Assembly: GCA_951406725.2 (NCBI GenBank) | Contig: OX597838.1 | Coordinates: forward strand, 41,478,001 to 41,542,000 | Reading direction: 5' to 3' | Length of the DNA: 64,000 bases | DNA from: Octopus vulgaris | Lineage: Eukaryota | Shown: positions 37,489-51,800 of the stretch, piece by piece | Position numbering within the stretch: the first letter of the stretch is position 1 | Layout of the letters: every line of letters starts with the position of its first letter | Position numbers and translations under genes: made by a program | The notes under the pieces: model-generated | Seen by the model: the letters and a program-made list of their open reading frames with translations, nothing else | What the model was told of the DNA's origin: nothing | The model's database searches: none

Positions 37489-40400
37489 GTAAGTGTGTGT
37501 GTGTGTGTGTATCTATAGTTATATCTGTACATGTATGGATGGCTACGTATCTATGTGTGTGTGTAAATCGATGCTTGTGTGTGTGTGTGTGTGTAAAGGT
37601 GTATCTGTGTGTCTATATGTGTTTTTTGTGTAACTGCATGGGTCTGTTTAGTGTATGTGTGCATCTGCATTTTTACCTGTGCTGTGCATCTGCATTTTTA
37701 CCTGTGTATGTACGTGCACACCTATGTGTATAACCATGTATCTGTGAGTATGTTATGTCAAACATGTCAGCAGAGGAGGTCCTAATTTCACACCCAGCCC
37801 CCATGAGTTCAGTAGGGGTGGTCAGGATATGTGGAAGGCTGCTTCTGTTGCAAACTGTTTTAGCATAAATGATGAAAATAAATATAAAACTAATAGGGAG
37901 ATGGAGGCACAGCCACAGGGGCTCATGGTGGTAATTAGTTGGGGGATGGGGTTGGATATGGTTGGGTCCTGAAGTTGGGATTAGGGTTCCTTAGTTTGAG
38001 GTGAATTGTTTAAAACCTGAAGGATGAGATCAGATTATTCAGAGAGAGATAGACAGACAGACAGACACACACATATGCTCAAGCTTATAATGAAGGCCAA
38101 TTAGAGAAGCTATATAATTAGCCATTGAAATGGCTTTTAATTAGAGTAGGGTGTGGTAGACAGAAGCACTACATCACATGACGACACACCACTTAGCAAC
38201 CATCAGGGGACAATAGCTATTGTTGTTTAACCCTAGGTTAGCCTTGATCAAGCAGTCCTGTAATGAGATGTGTTCCAACCATGACCATCTTGTTGTTTTT
38301 TTTATATCATGGACTAAATTTTTCAGTGTGTCCTTCTTTATTTAAGACTGTTTTGAATGAGATTTAGTTGTTATTTCTGGCATGGCTTTTTCATTGGCTC
38401 TAACAGTGGGGGGGGGGGGTCGTGGGTGGCAGTTTATATATGGCAGGGGGAGTTAACTTTGGCTATTCACCTGCTCCCTGGAGTTGGAACAACTAACATT
38501 TGCTTTGGTTCTTCAGAGATTCTGCTTTTGGGAACTGAGAAAGAGTAAACAGTGGTTCCATTCCTCACCAGGCTTTCATCTTTAAATCCTTTCACTATCC
38601 TATTTCTGTTGAATTAATCTGATTTTGTCAGATTAACCCTTTTGATACAAAGACACTTGAGACCACTCTTGGTTCTTTTATACAAATTCTCTGTTTTAAA
38701 CGGATCTAGATTAAAATCTTTCATCAAAATTTTGTGTTTATTTCTGTTCCAAACACCAGCTTTTTAATGGCAAGATTATTTTACTAAATTTTCATTATTT
38801 TCAAAATTAATTGAAACAAAAACTGTCTTTGAACAGAAATTCAGTAACAAAGAGGTCAAGCTGACATTAGAACGTAAATTAACATGAAATTTTAATGGAA
38901 GCACTTTAAAACAGTTTTTATCATAAGACCCGAGAGATTTCAGACAGATTGGCGCCAGAGGTGAGAATTCTCAAGGATTCTCTTTTGCTTCCTGAACTCT
39001 TTTCGCAGGTACCGGATCCTGTTGCATCTACCCTTTACTCGGCCATAAGCTCAATGGCTGGAAGTTCTTAGCCACAGAACTGGATGAAGAAAGTGCAGCC
39101 AAAGCAATCGAAAATGTAGAAAAGAACAACTTTCAAGACTCCATAACAAGTAAATGCCCTTTTTTTTCTTTTCCATTTTTTTTTTACAATTCTTGCAGTT
39201 AAAAAAATTTATATCATCACATGTCCATGTTTCATACTGACGCAGGCTGGATAGTTTAACAGGACTGGGTGTGTTCAAGGACAGCATCAAGTGTCTGCTT
39301 TGACATGCTTTGTACAGCTGGATGCCCTTCTTTACAGCCAACCATTTTACAGTCAACTGGGTGCTTTTTATGTGCCACTGGCACGTGTGAGGTCACTATT
39401 CAGTTTGGAAGCCTATTTATTTATTTACTAGCAGCATAGCCTGGCATTGCCCGGGTATGTAAGAGCCCCTGGAGCAGACATGATGCTCGCTGTGAATTTA
39501 AAAAAAATTCCTGCCAATTTGTGAAAGATATTGTCGAAAATATGTCATCTTGAATTTGAACGCGATTTCCCAAAATGGCATGATTTTATCGATTTTTTCT
39601 GATGGTAAGGTATTGCATGGAAAACTAACGTCAGAATTAAGTTTCTTAGGGTAACATTAAGCTTCCCCATGAGTTTGGTGAAAATCGATTGCAAGTTGCG
39701 AAAACTACAACAGAAAATCTGTTGCAAATAAAGCTTAGATTCTCGACCCCCCATGTCGAATTTATCGATTTTTTTCAGAACTGGGGGAACTTTTCAAAAT
39801 TTTCGCTGCGTTAGTTTTGAATTATGACATTGGGCTATGTGTGTGTCAAGTTTCATCAGAATCGGTTGAAAGCCGTGGTCAGGGTGAGGGTACAACCTGA
39901 CAGACACACAGACAGACAAACTGCTGCTTATATATAGAGAGATTTTGGGGTCTTACTTGAAGTGAAAGGCTTGTGACTGCATCAAACTTCTGGGTCTGTT
40001 TTGGCATGGTTTTTTTACAGCTGGATGCCCTTCCTAACACCAGCCACTTCACAAAATATCGGTCATTTCATTTCCCACACAAAACCAGTCTATAGAACCA
40101 CACAGTGTTTCTTGTTGGCATCGGTTGGTTGATTAGTATCACACACGTCACCAGTATGGTTCTTCGACTGGCTAGAAAGGAAAGCCAAATTTCCATCAAA
40201 TCCTCACAGAGCAGATGTCATGGGATTTCGACAAGAGGCTGCATACTCTGCCATAACCTTGACCAAAAATTTCAACCCTGAGTTATCTGTAAACGATGAG
40301 ATGGTCATGGCCAGATTGCGTTTGATGTCAGGTCTGACTTGGGTTAAACAATCTTTGTTGCCTCTTGGCCTCTTAGAAATAACTGAAGTCTCCCTTACTG

Positions 40401-43400
40401 TCAGCTTCATAATTTTGACGTCCACCTTTCCATGATTGCAGATTCTTCTATGGTTGGATGCCATTCCTGTCACCAACCTTCGCCTGTTTCCAAGCAATGA
40501 AACATTCCTCTAGCCAGACATGTTTTTATGGAAGACTGGAATTGAAGGACACCATTTGTATGATGGCGATTCTCATTTGACGACTATCACGTAAGGGAAC
40601 TCACACACACACAAACACACATATGTACATACGTGTGTGTGTGTGTGTGTGTTACTGTCTCCTTGCCTTGACATCATGTGATAGTAGCGAGTGTCAGCAT
40701 CATGCAAACTTGTGTGGAAACATGTCTGGCCACGAGGAAATGTTGTTTTGTTTGGAAATAGGTGAGGGTTGGTGATGGCAAGGGCACCCAGCCATAACAA
40801 GTCTAGCGCAACAAATTCTGTCTGATCCATTCAACCATGGAAAAGTGGATGTTAAAGCAATAATTATGATGATGATGATATATGTCAGGCTTCTTTCAGT
40901 TTCCATCAACCAGATCCACTCACAAGGCTTTGGCCCAGGGCTACAATGGAGGTCATTTGCCCAAAATGCCACACATTTAAGATAATATAGTCCTTCTTCC
41001 TTCTTAATTACTCAGTCATGTTTGCTAGTTTCTTTATCCATCTCACCATCAGTTAATAATTTTCACTTTTATTTTATTTCATCATCATCGTCATCATCAT
41101 CGTTTAACATCCATTTTCCATGCTGGCATGGGTTGGATGGTTTGACTGGGAACTGGCAAACCAGTAAGCTGCACCAGGCTCCAATCTGATCTGCTAAGGT
41201 TTCTACAGCTTGATGCCCTTCCTAACACCAACCATGCCAAGAGTGTAGTGGGTGCTTTTTATGTGCCACCAGCACAGGAGCCAGTCAGGTGGCACTGGCA
41301 TTGACCATGTTCAGATGGTGCTTTTTACGTGCCACTGGCACAAGTGCCAGTCGATAGAGAACTGGTATTGACCACATTTGGATGGTGCTTTTTACGCGCC
41401 ACTGGCACGGGGAGCCAGTCAGGCATCATTGGCATCGACCCATGCTTGAAAGGTGCTTATTACGTGCCACCAGCACAGGTGCCAGTCAGGTGGCACGGAC
41501 ATTGGCCACAATTACAATTTCCATTTTGATTTCAATCTTGATTTGATTTTGATTTTACTTGACTCAATAAGTCGTCTCAAGTGAAGCGTATCGCTCGATT
41601 TTTGTTTTTTTTTTTTTTAATTTTTAGTTAAGAAAGTCAGCAAATTGGAGAGTTTGAGATCAGTGGTGGAAGAAACTAATCAGACCTATGACTTCTGTAT
41701 GTGTAACCCACCATTCTACAGCAACGAAGAAGAGCCAACCGTTGCTTCACCTTTCAACAAACGAGCAGCGCCACATGCAGCAGCGACAGCCAGCACCGTG
41801 GAGAGTGTGACGTGGGGTGGGGAATATCAGTTTGTGAATCAGTTGATCCAGGACAGCCTGGTGCTGCGTCACAGAGTCAGGTAAGTGACATAAGTGACGG
41901 GAGTGTTTGTGTTAACATCTGTGTGTTTGTGAAAGGCTGCCAGAACGGTTAGCATGCTAAGGCTGTGCGCTGGCAGAACGGTTAGCAAGCTGGGCAAAAT
42001 GGCTAGCAGCATTTCATTCATCTTTATGTTCTGAGTTCAAATTCTGCCAAGCTCAGTTTTGACTCTCATCCTTTCAGGGTCGATAAAATAAGTACTAGTT
42101 GAACACAGGGGTCGATGTGATCAACTTGCCCTCTTACCTGAAATTGCTGGCCTTGCGCCAAAATTTGAAATCGATATGTGTGGTGTGCCTGAAGTGTCAC
42201 AGATTCACCCATTTCTAACCATTTCTCATTCTCACCATACACTCTTCTAACCCCTAAACACCAACACTTCTTGTTCTGTCGCCAATCCTTCCTCCCCACC
42301 TCATAACTTGAGGGGACCACCCCAACACCTCATCCCCACTATTTCATTTCGCTTTCCAGCCCCATGCTGGTTCCTTCCAATCCTCTCTTTCATAACATGG
42401 ACAGCTATGTATCTCCTCTACACCAAGAAACCTGTTCTGTTCCAGCCCTTTCTTTCACACTTTAACCTCTCATCCCTTGCATAAAAACCACCTCCCCCCT
42501 CTCCTGGTGTACCCCAGTCAGTCAAAAGGGTGTCTTTGTCTTGCCTGCTGCATTGAGATATCACTAGTGTTGGTGCCACAGAAAAAGATCACACTGTAAA
42601 ATGGTTAGGACTTGGAAAGGCATCCAGACATAGAAACCATGCCAAAGCAGACACTGGAGCTTAATATAGTGTTCAGACTCAGCAGATCCTCTCAGATCAT
42701 TCAACTCTTGCCATCATGGAAGAATAATGGTAAAAAAGGATGATGATGATTAGAAGACTACACACTGATGAGGTTTGAGCATCTTAAAAAAACATGTCTT
42801 TAACTTTAGAAAATTTTTGTTTGTAATCTTTCATCTGAAGTGCCCCAATAACCGTTTTTAATTAATTCCCTTCAATTAATTTCCAGTCCACCACAAAATA
42901 GAAAAAAATATTAAGAACCCCAGATCTTTGTGTTTGTGCTATTATTTAGCACCTAGTCCAACTTGATTAAACAAACATACCTTCAGAAGTTTTCCAACCG
43001 TAGTTAATCTGTCTGAGTATCTGGGACTATTTGCCAAAGTGTCCTTCTTAGTCTAAGACAGTAGAGTTTGGCTACTATTTCTAGTGGATCCTGTGCTCAT
43101 GTTTTCTTATGTCTGCATTTTAGAAGAGTGAGAGTTTAGGTCACTGGTGATCTAAACTAATAGGTATGTGGTCTGAGTGCTTCAAGTGATAAGCTGCTAG
43201 GCTCCAAGTTCATAACAGGAGCTGGAGTTGTGGTAGTTACTGTCCAGTAGGGAGAGGAGTGGGGATCCATAGCCTTCCTCTAAGTCTGTAGGTATAATTT
43301 CAAGAAGAGGAAAACAAAATCAAGGCATGACAAGCTTTTAGGTTAATTTGAATTAGTTTAATGGTGAAGCAAAGTAAGCAAAAATAAAATGAAGTAATAT

Positions 43401-45554
43401 AAAAGTGCCTTACAGCTGTTTCTGAAACAGCTGTAAGACATTTATATGTATTTTATTTCATTTTAGTTTACTTTGCTTCACCATTAAACTAATTCAAATT
43501 AACCTAAAAGCTTGTCATGCCTTGATTTTGATGTTATTTTTGTAGATTTTAAGTTCTCTGTTTGATTGTTATTTTATATTCTTTAAATCAGTGAATGTTT
43601 CAATGAGGAGGTTGAATAAGGCAAAAAAACATTTCTGGAGTTGTCTCAGAAGGATCTGAAACACTCCCCAGCTGTAGTCATTCACATTAAATTTGGAATG
43701 TTTTGGATTTTGGAGTTGTCTCCCTTCTTTCATATTTTCTCTTGTTTTTCCCAAACGGTTGAAATGTCCTTCTGATATTCCTTCTTTCTCTTCATTGATA
43801 TCATCATCATTATTTAGCATCTACTTTTCCAAACTTGCATGGGTCATTTGGATTCATTAAGGCAAAGTTTCCACGGTTGTATGCCTTTCCTATCACCAGC
43901 CCTTACCTCTTTCCAAGCAGGGTAATTTTTTTCCTATGGTGTAACATTTTTTCATCAAAAATTGGAAATGAACGACTCATTTACAACCTTCACACAATAT
44001 CAAGACAAGTTGACAGAGAAACAAGAGGTTTCTTCCAGTTTCCCTCTACCAAATCCACTCAAAGGTGTTTGGTTCACCTGGGTCTAGAGTAGAAAATGCT
44101 TACCCCTAATGCCTTGCCCCTGTGTATCAGTGTGACCTTCCTGGAGATAGCAATAAAACTGATTCCCTTCATTGTCAAGATATAAGAAATCTCTCTCCCT
44201 CAACAAATCTACCCCTTTTCTTCCTTCAGTCATATATTTACATCTCAACACCTCACATAGAGCATCCATCCTATTTCCTGGTCTCCCTTTCAGGCAAGGG
44301 ACCTCTTTAGTTCTGCAAGTTTCGAGGCAGACTCACAGTTCTGGTGCTAGTAAACCCTGTAAAGTGTTTGAGGTTAGGAAGGGCATCCAGCCATAGAAAC
44401 CATTCTAAAACTGAGAAACTAGAGCAAGGCTTGGTCTGCTGACCTTTTCACCCTGTCTGACTGTCCAACCCATGCTAGCATGGAAAGCATACATAAATAC
44501 TAAAAAAATATATTTCTTTGTTCATGAACTTACTTTGAGGCAGGTGTCACAGTATCGGGATAGATAAGGGGACATGGGATTTAGAGCAGAGGCAATATAC
44601 TGTGCCATAGACCTGACCAAATAATAGCTACCTAGAAAGATTAATGGTGTAGGTGGTGGTGGTGGTGGTATCATCATCATCATCATCCAGAAGTGCTGTT
44701 GTGGCTGTGCAGTTAAGAAGCTCAATTCCCAACTGTCTTCATTCTCCTTGTGCAGCATCTTGGAGAAATGTCTTCTGCTACAGGTTGCCCAAATCCGTGC
44801 AAATGTAGACAAAAACTGAAAGAAGCCCATCATATATACAACCTATGCCAGCATGGACAATGGACATTAATTAAATCATGATGATGATTAGAGAGAAATT
44901 AATTCAAAAATTTAAAAGCCAAACGTTTGGCATCACTTGAAAAATGCATTTTATTTATTTATTTATCTAAAATGTTTTGTTTTGTTTTGTTTTTTTAGTG
45001 ATGCCAGGTGTTTTGCTTTTCCATTCTTTTATTTTAATCTCTATCCACTCTCAGAGTGGTTGGCGTTAGGAAGGGCATCCAGCTGTAGAAACTCTGCCAA
45101 ATCAAGATTGGAGCCTGGTGCTGCCGTCTGGTTTGCCAGTCCTCAGTCAAATCGTCCAACCCATGCTAGCATGGAAAGCAGACGTTAAACGATGATGATG
45201 ATGATGATGATCCACCGACTCAAAGAAAATCCACTTATAGCCACTTACGATAGATAATCTCAACACCTCACTTTTCAATTGCAGTTCAGGCCGGAGTTTC
45301 AGTGGTTAAAACGAAATGAGCACTGGCAGGACATACCTTACATCAGTTGATGCAAACACTTTGTAGATTCTACATAAGTAGGTGCAGGGGTGGCTGTGTG
45401 GTTAGGCGCTTGCTTCTGGACAACATGGTTCTGGGGTTCATTCCCACTGCGTGGCACCTTGGGCAAGTGCCTTCTGCTATAGCTTCAGACCGACCAAAGC
45501 ATTGTGAGCGGATTTGGTAGACAGAAACTGAAAGAAGCCCATCGTGTGTGTGTG

Positions 45555-45595
<41 letters not shown>

Positions 45596-45800
45596 GTGGG
45601 TGCCTGTCTGTCCACCCTCCCCCCAATCACTTGACAACTTATGTTGGTGTGCTTATGTCCCTGTAACTTAGTGGTTCAGCAAAAGAGACCAATAGAATAA
45701 GTACAAGGCTTACGAAGAATAAGTCCTGGGGCCGATTTCTTCAACTAAAAAGGTGGGGCTCCCTCATGGCCACAGTCAAATGACTGAAACAAGTAAAAGA

Positions 45801-45839
<39 letters not shown>

Positions 45840-48800
45840 TATGTATGTATATATATATGGCACGTGGTCTTCCCAGTTCCTGTCAAGATCTCTAACCCAT
45901 GCCAGCATGGAAAACAGATGTTAATGGGTGATGATGATACATATAACAAACTTGTTTTGGTTTCCATCTACCAACTCCACTTGCAAGGCTGTGGTTGGCC
46001 TGGGGCTATAGTAGAAGACATCTACCCAAGGTTACACACAGTGGAATAGGACCCCACAACCACTTGGTTAAAAAGCAGACTTCTTAACCACTCAGTTCTG
46101 TCTATTTGTATTTACTGGAATCAGTCCATTGCAGCTCAACAACTCCATCTTGTCTTACTGATGTTTTTTCAGAAATCGTTTTTAGTGAAGAGAATTTGAT
46201 AAAAACTGGGCAGTTTTGCATAAAACACAAAATGGGTTTTTTGTTTTAATTATTATCGTCTGTTATGTATAATATTTTGTAATGTTGCAAGTTAATTAAT
46301 AGTGGTAATTTGTTTTTGTTTTATCTCATAGGATTTATACCAGTATGGTTGGCAAAAAGCAGAACATGTTGGCCCTGAAGTATGAGTTAAAGAATTTGAA
46401 GGTATTGTTGTTGTCATTGTTGTTGTTTTGGTTTTTTCTTTTTATCTACAACAAATTGTATTTACCTCCATTGTTTTATCTTCTTTTCTGTGCTTGAGTG
46501 GGTTGGGTGGGGTTTTTTGAAGCAGATTCTTTACAGCTGGATGCTCTTCCTGTGTCCAACCTTCACCTGTTTCCAAGCGAAATAATGTTTCTCTATAGTC
46601 AGACATGTTTTTCACTGACTGTTGGCAGTGGACATTCATCTACAACAATCCTCTGATGTCAAACAAGGAGACACAAACACATTCACAAACCTCAACTCTC
46701 ATACATCTATATGACAAGGCTTTGGTTGGCCCAGGGTGCCGTGGGGACTGAACCTGAAGCCATGTGGTTGGGAAGCAAGCTTCTTCACCACACAGCCATG
46801 CTTTGCACCTCATATTCGGGAACTCAAATAACGTCAGTTTGCTTCAAGCTTTTATTTAGATTGACAACGTTTGGGATTAAAGAATGTTTTCTGCTGGAAT
46901 GTTATGCACCCTGACTCTTAGACAAGCTCCATGATATCCCTGTCTGCGCCAAGAAGGGACGAAAAGGGTTGGTGTTAGGAAAGCTACCTGAAAAATTCTG
47001 TCCAACCCATGGCAGCATGGAAAAGCAGATGCAAAGCTGCTGCTGACTGAATGATGATGATGATGCTACCGTTGCTCCCCCCCCCCCCCATCCACTTTGT
47101 CATTGTTCTGCTCTTATTCCCCTCTTCTGCTGTGTTCCCATTGATTAATGGTGGATGTGGGAGACCCTTTTGTGTTTGGCTCACAATAGAATCTACTCCG
47201 TACACTTTGGGAAGTGATTGGGGACAGGGTTAGGAGATAAGAATTTATGAACAATCCTACTCCCCCACCTCCATTTGTCTGGAGAGAGGGGAGCAGAGGC
47301 CCTGAATAAGAATCAGCTTCAACTGGGCTGTGACAACCAGTCCAACCCATGCCAGCATGGAAAGCATAAAATGATGTCTTGTCATCCTTTCCTGTTGTTT
47401 TTGTGTTAAAAAAAATGGGTGGACAAGATTAAGGAGGTTTTATAGCTTCAAGAGAATTGTCCCCAACAGGAATCGACAAACTTCTTACTCTTTTACTCTT
47501 TTCATAAAACCATTGATAACCTGTTGAATCGAATCATGGACATTTCTAAAACCAAAAAGTGTAATTAATAAAAAATCATTCTTTTGTGTCATTCCCACTT
47601 TCCAATAAAATTAGTGAATACTCATTAATATTGCTTTGTTATTTGGCTGGGAATAAGCCCCACACTTCCAGTTTCAGTTCATTAATAATTCAGCACTCAA
47701 AATAGTGGAGATGCGTGGTTTAGTGGTTAGGGTTTTGCACTCATAATCCTAAGAGTGTGGTTTCGATTCCTGGACCAGGCAAAGCATTGTGTTCTGGGGC
47801 AACGCACCTCGTTTCCTGTTGCTTCAGTTCATTCAGCCAGCAAAAATGAATAATCTTCTAATGGGAAACCAGCCCGGTGTGGGGGAACATATATATCACA
47901 GAATCTGGGAAACCAGCCTTATGAGCCCTTTTTTTTTTTCTTGAATGCTCAAGATCATTTAAAGGGTTCATTGACCCCTTTGATATACTGTGCAGCGTTT
48001 TGTCCATCTTGACGTTTTGAGTTCAGATCCTGCAAAGGTCAGTTTTACCTTTCATCTATTCAGGGTCAATAAAATAAGACCCAATTAAGCTTTAGGGTCA
48101 ATCTAATCAACTATCCTCCTCCTGCCAAATTTCAGCCCCTGGGCCTTCAGTAGAAACGATTATTTATTGTTGTTGAGGTGAGTTGGCAGAATCGTTAACG
48201 TGTAAGACAAAATATTTAGGGACATTTCTTCCAGCTTTACATTCTGAGTTCAATTCCTGTCAAGTTTGACTTATCCTTTCATCCTTTCAGGGTCAACAAA
48301 GTACCAGTCAGGTACTGGGGGCCAATGACAGTGATCCTCTGCTCCTTCCCTTCAAATCTGCTGACCTTTTGCCTTATTTGTATTTATTTCCGTTTTTCCT
48401 TTAGATTCCCGTCTTCTCAAGCACAGAATTCTGTCAGGGCAAAACAATGAGATGGGGTCTGGGCTGGAGCTTTGACGAGAGTGTCTCTTTTACTGTGAGT
48501 ATCACTCGTCTTGTGTGAGTGAGTGTCTGAGTGTTACTTGAGCTGTTATGGTTTTGATGTATGGACAGATGTTGCTAGTGAAATGTTTACCCAAACAAAT
48601 TAGCTCTCACCAGGACTTTTTTATTTGTGTATATTGGGCTCTTTTGCCAAAATGCTAAGTAACATGGACATAAACAAACCAACACTGGTTGTCAAGGGGT
48701 GGGAAGCATAAACACAAAGACATACCCCCCCACACACATATATAAGCATGTACATCTACGGTGGGCTTCCACACAGTTTCTGTCTACCAAATTCATTTAC

Positions 48801-51800
48801 ATGGCATTGGTCAACCTGGGGGTTATAGTAGAAGACATTAGCTCAAGGTACTGTGCTCTGGGATTGAACCTGAAGCCATGTGGTTGCAAAGCAAGCTTCT
48901 TAATCACACAGCCAGTCCTGCATCAGACCATTGTGTGATTGATGGCTTTTCAATTGTGATTTTGTGTCATGGTTGGCTTCATAAGCCCTGGTCATGGTTG
49001 GGTGGTCAAGAGGTTTGCACCTGTCTGATTTTGTGTTCAATCCCACTGCACAGCATCTTGGACAAGTGTCTTCTACTATTGCCTCAGGCCAACCAGTGCC
49101 TTGTGTATGAAGTTGGCAGATGGAGACTGTGTTGAAGCCCATCATATATCTGTGTGTTTGTGCTTACCTCCTCCACTCTGCATCACTTAACTGGTGTTGG
49201 TTTGTTTACATCCCCATAATTAGCAGTTTGGCAGAAGAGACCAATAGAATTATTTGCTACTACCACCGAGATCTGCACCCTCAGTCGGCTTCACCTGGGC
49301 TCACACCTGTGGCTTCCATGTTCACCGTAGCGCCCTCCTACCAGGTTTTAAAATATTGGGGTTGATCATTTCAACTGAAACCATTTGGAGTCGTGCCCCA
49401 CCATGGCCACAGTCCCAAGAGTGAAACAAGGAAAAGATGAAGGAGAGATAAAGGCCTGAGATCAAGTCACAGCTGGCTCAGCTAGCAGGTTACTAAACAG
49501 GCTGGTTGATGGTTCATATCTCAGTATGGCACCAGCTTTGGCCCATGGCCCTGGCAGTCCACTCTTGTTGCCTCAGTTTCTCTAGAATTTTGTGAATGGG
49601 TCTTACTTCTGTAACAAGCAACAACTTGTGTGTGTGTGTGTTGACATCTGACTTTTTCCCACTCTCATTAATTATTTCCAGTTCCATTTCCTCTCCATCT
49701 GTGCCCAACTCTCCTCAATATATCAATATAGCAATCTTCAAATGTTATTTATTTATTTGTTTTTTCTCTCCTTCAGAAATCTTATTTCAAAACTGAAAAG
49801 AAAAAAGAGAAAACGCCCCTAGCACTTTGTATTCCAACTGAAATTGCCATCGATTTTCCCACTTTATGCATTCACATCAAAGAACTTTTGCAGGAACTGA
49901 AGGTATTTTTTTTTTCTTTATTAGGTGTTGCTGTGTAGTTGAGAGTCTTGCCCATCAAGCATGTCGTTTTGGGTTCAGTCCTGCTGTACAGCACCTTTGG
50001 CAATTGTCTTTACTATAGGCCTGGGCTGACCAAAGTTTTGTGAGTGAATTTGGTAAACAGAAATAATAAGGGAATCTCATCATCATCATCACTTAATGTT
50101 TTCCATGAGTTGGAGAATTTGCCAGGAGCTGTCCAGACTCCAGTTGTCTGTTTTGGCTTGGTTTTTATGGCGGGATGCCCTTAGAGTGCACTGGGTGCTT
50201 TTTACATGTCACCGGTGCAGATGTATTTACATAGCACCAGCGTGAGTGCATTTGATGTGGCACCGGCACCTGCAAGACAAATACCTCTCAGCTGGGGGAG
50301 GGAGAGGGGGTCATGGCCATAAAAGACATTCCTGTATTTATGGATGGTCACTGTTTTACTTAGCTTGACATGCCCCGTATATATATATATATCACCGTCA
50401 CCATGACTGACCAGGCTATCAGATGTTGCTACACATCGCTTGTCACAATGCGCTTCGCATTGTTTTACCCTTCGAATGACGCCACCCCGCTGGCTAAGCG
50501 AGCAGGCCAACGGAAGAAAGAGTGAGAGAAGGTTGCGGCGAAAGAGTACAGCAGGGATCGCCACCACCCCTTGCCAGAGCCTCGTGGAGCTTTAGGTGTT
50601 TTCGCTCAATAAACACAACGCCCGATCTGGGAATCGAAACTGGCAATCCTACAACCGCGAGTCCACTGCCCTAACCACTAGGCCATTGCGCCTCCACGTA
50701 CATATATATATGTGTGTGTATTACTGTCTCTTTTCTGTAACATGTGATAGTTGTTGTAAATGAGTATCCCTGTCATACAAGCAGTGTCATTCATTTCCCG
50801 TCTAGCTCTGCGAAAATATTACTTTGCTTGGAAACAGCTAAGGGTTAGTGACAGGAAAGGCATCCGACTATGGAAAATCTCCCTCAACAAGTCTCCATCT
50901 GACCCATGCAGGCATGGAGAAGCAGATGTTAAACGATGATGATAATTTCCCAAAAAAGAGACAGGTCAACTGCTTAGAGCATCAGACAAACTGATTTTAT
51001 GTTTTGATTTCAAATCCCACCAAGGTTTGCTTTGTCTTTCCTCCTCCTCCTGGGGTTGATAAAACAAAGCAGGGGTCAAGACCTGCTTCTGTGGATGATT
51101 CAACTCTCTCTCTCTCTCTCCTTCCTTCTCCTTTAAATATGTGATCTTGATAAATGATGTTAAGAAATCATTATTGTCATTGCCAGGGTGGAAACATCAT
51201 CATCATCATCATCATCGTCATCATGTCTGCTCTCAGTTCTTTTACTCGTGTCACTCATGCAAACCCATTGGCACGCAGAGGGATCTAGACTGGTGGCAGC
51301 AAGAATTTCAAGTTCCCCTTTGTAATTTATTCAGATTAAAGGAAGCGCCAGAAAATCAATGGTGCACCTGTTTATTAAAAAAATCTTTCGATTGTTTTCT
51401 ATTTGTTTTCCTCATGAATCTACAGGTTTAGGGTCAACATGATGTCTTGTTTAGTAGACAACCGTAAAGTAATACAAAAATCAGATTTCATTTATTTTAT
51501 GAACAGTGTCAATGTGTAAAAGTTATGTAATTTATTAACGAGCCTCGTTTGGATATGTAAAAATCAATATTATTTTTATGACAAGAGGGTGCTGAAAAAT
51601 TCCTAGCTTTAAGGGTATTGTGAAAGAGCCTGCTTGGAGGCCCAACCTTTCGAGTTCTTTTACAGGGCTTAGAAAAACTGAAGGACTGCTGCAATAAGTG
51701 TGTGAATCTGAGAGGGGAATATGTTGAATAAAATCATAATCAACTGATCCTCCTCTGTTTTCTTTTATCCAAAGCTAGAAACTTTTCAGCCCCCCACCTT

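Noticed and set aside
37047-37733. 228-aa ORF as a single-exon gene
   Set aside because: Both ends are intronic microsatellite (ATT, GT); homology covers only 37167-37488.
51426-51480. Extra METTL16 exon after TACAG at 51421-51425
   Set aside because: Immediate in-frame stop, no homology, and exons 6 and 7 join correctly without it.
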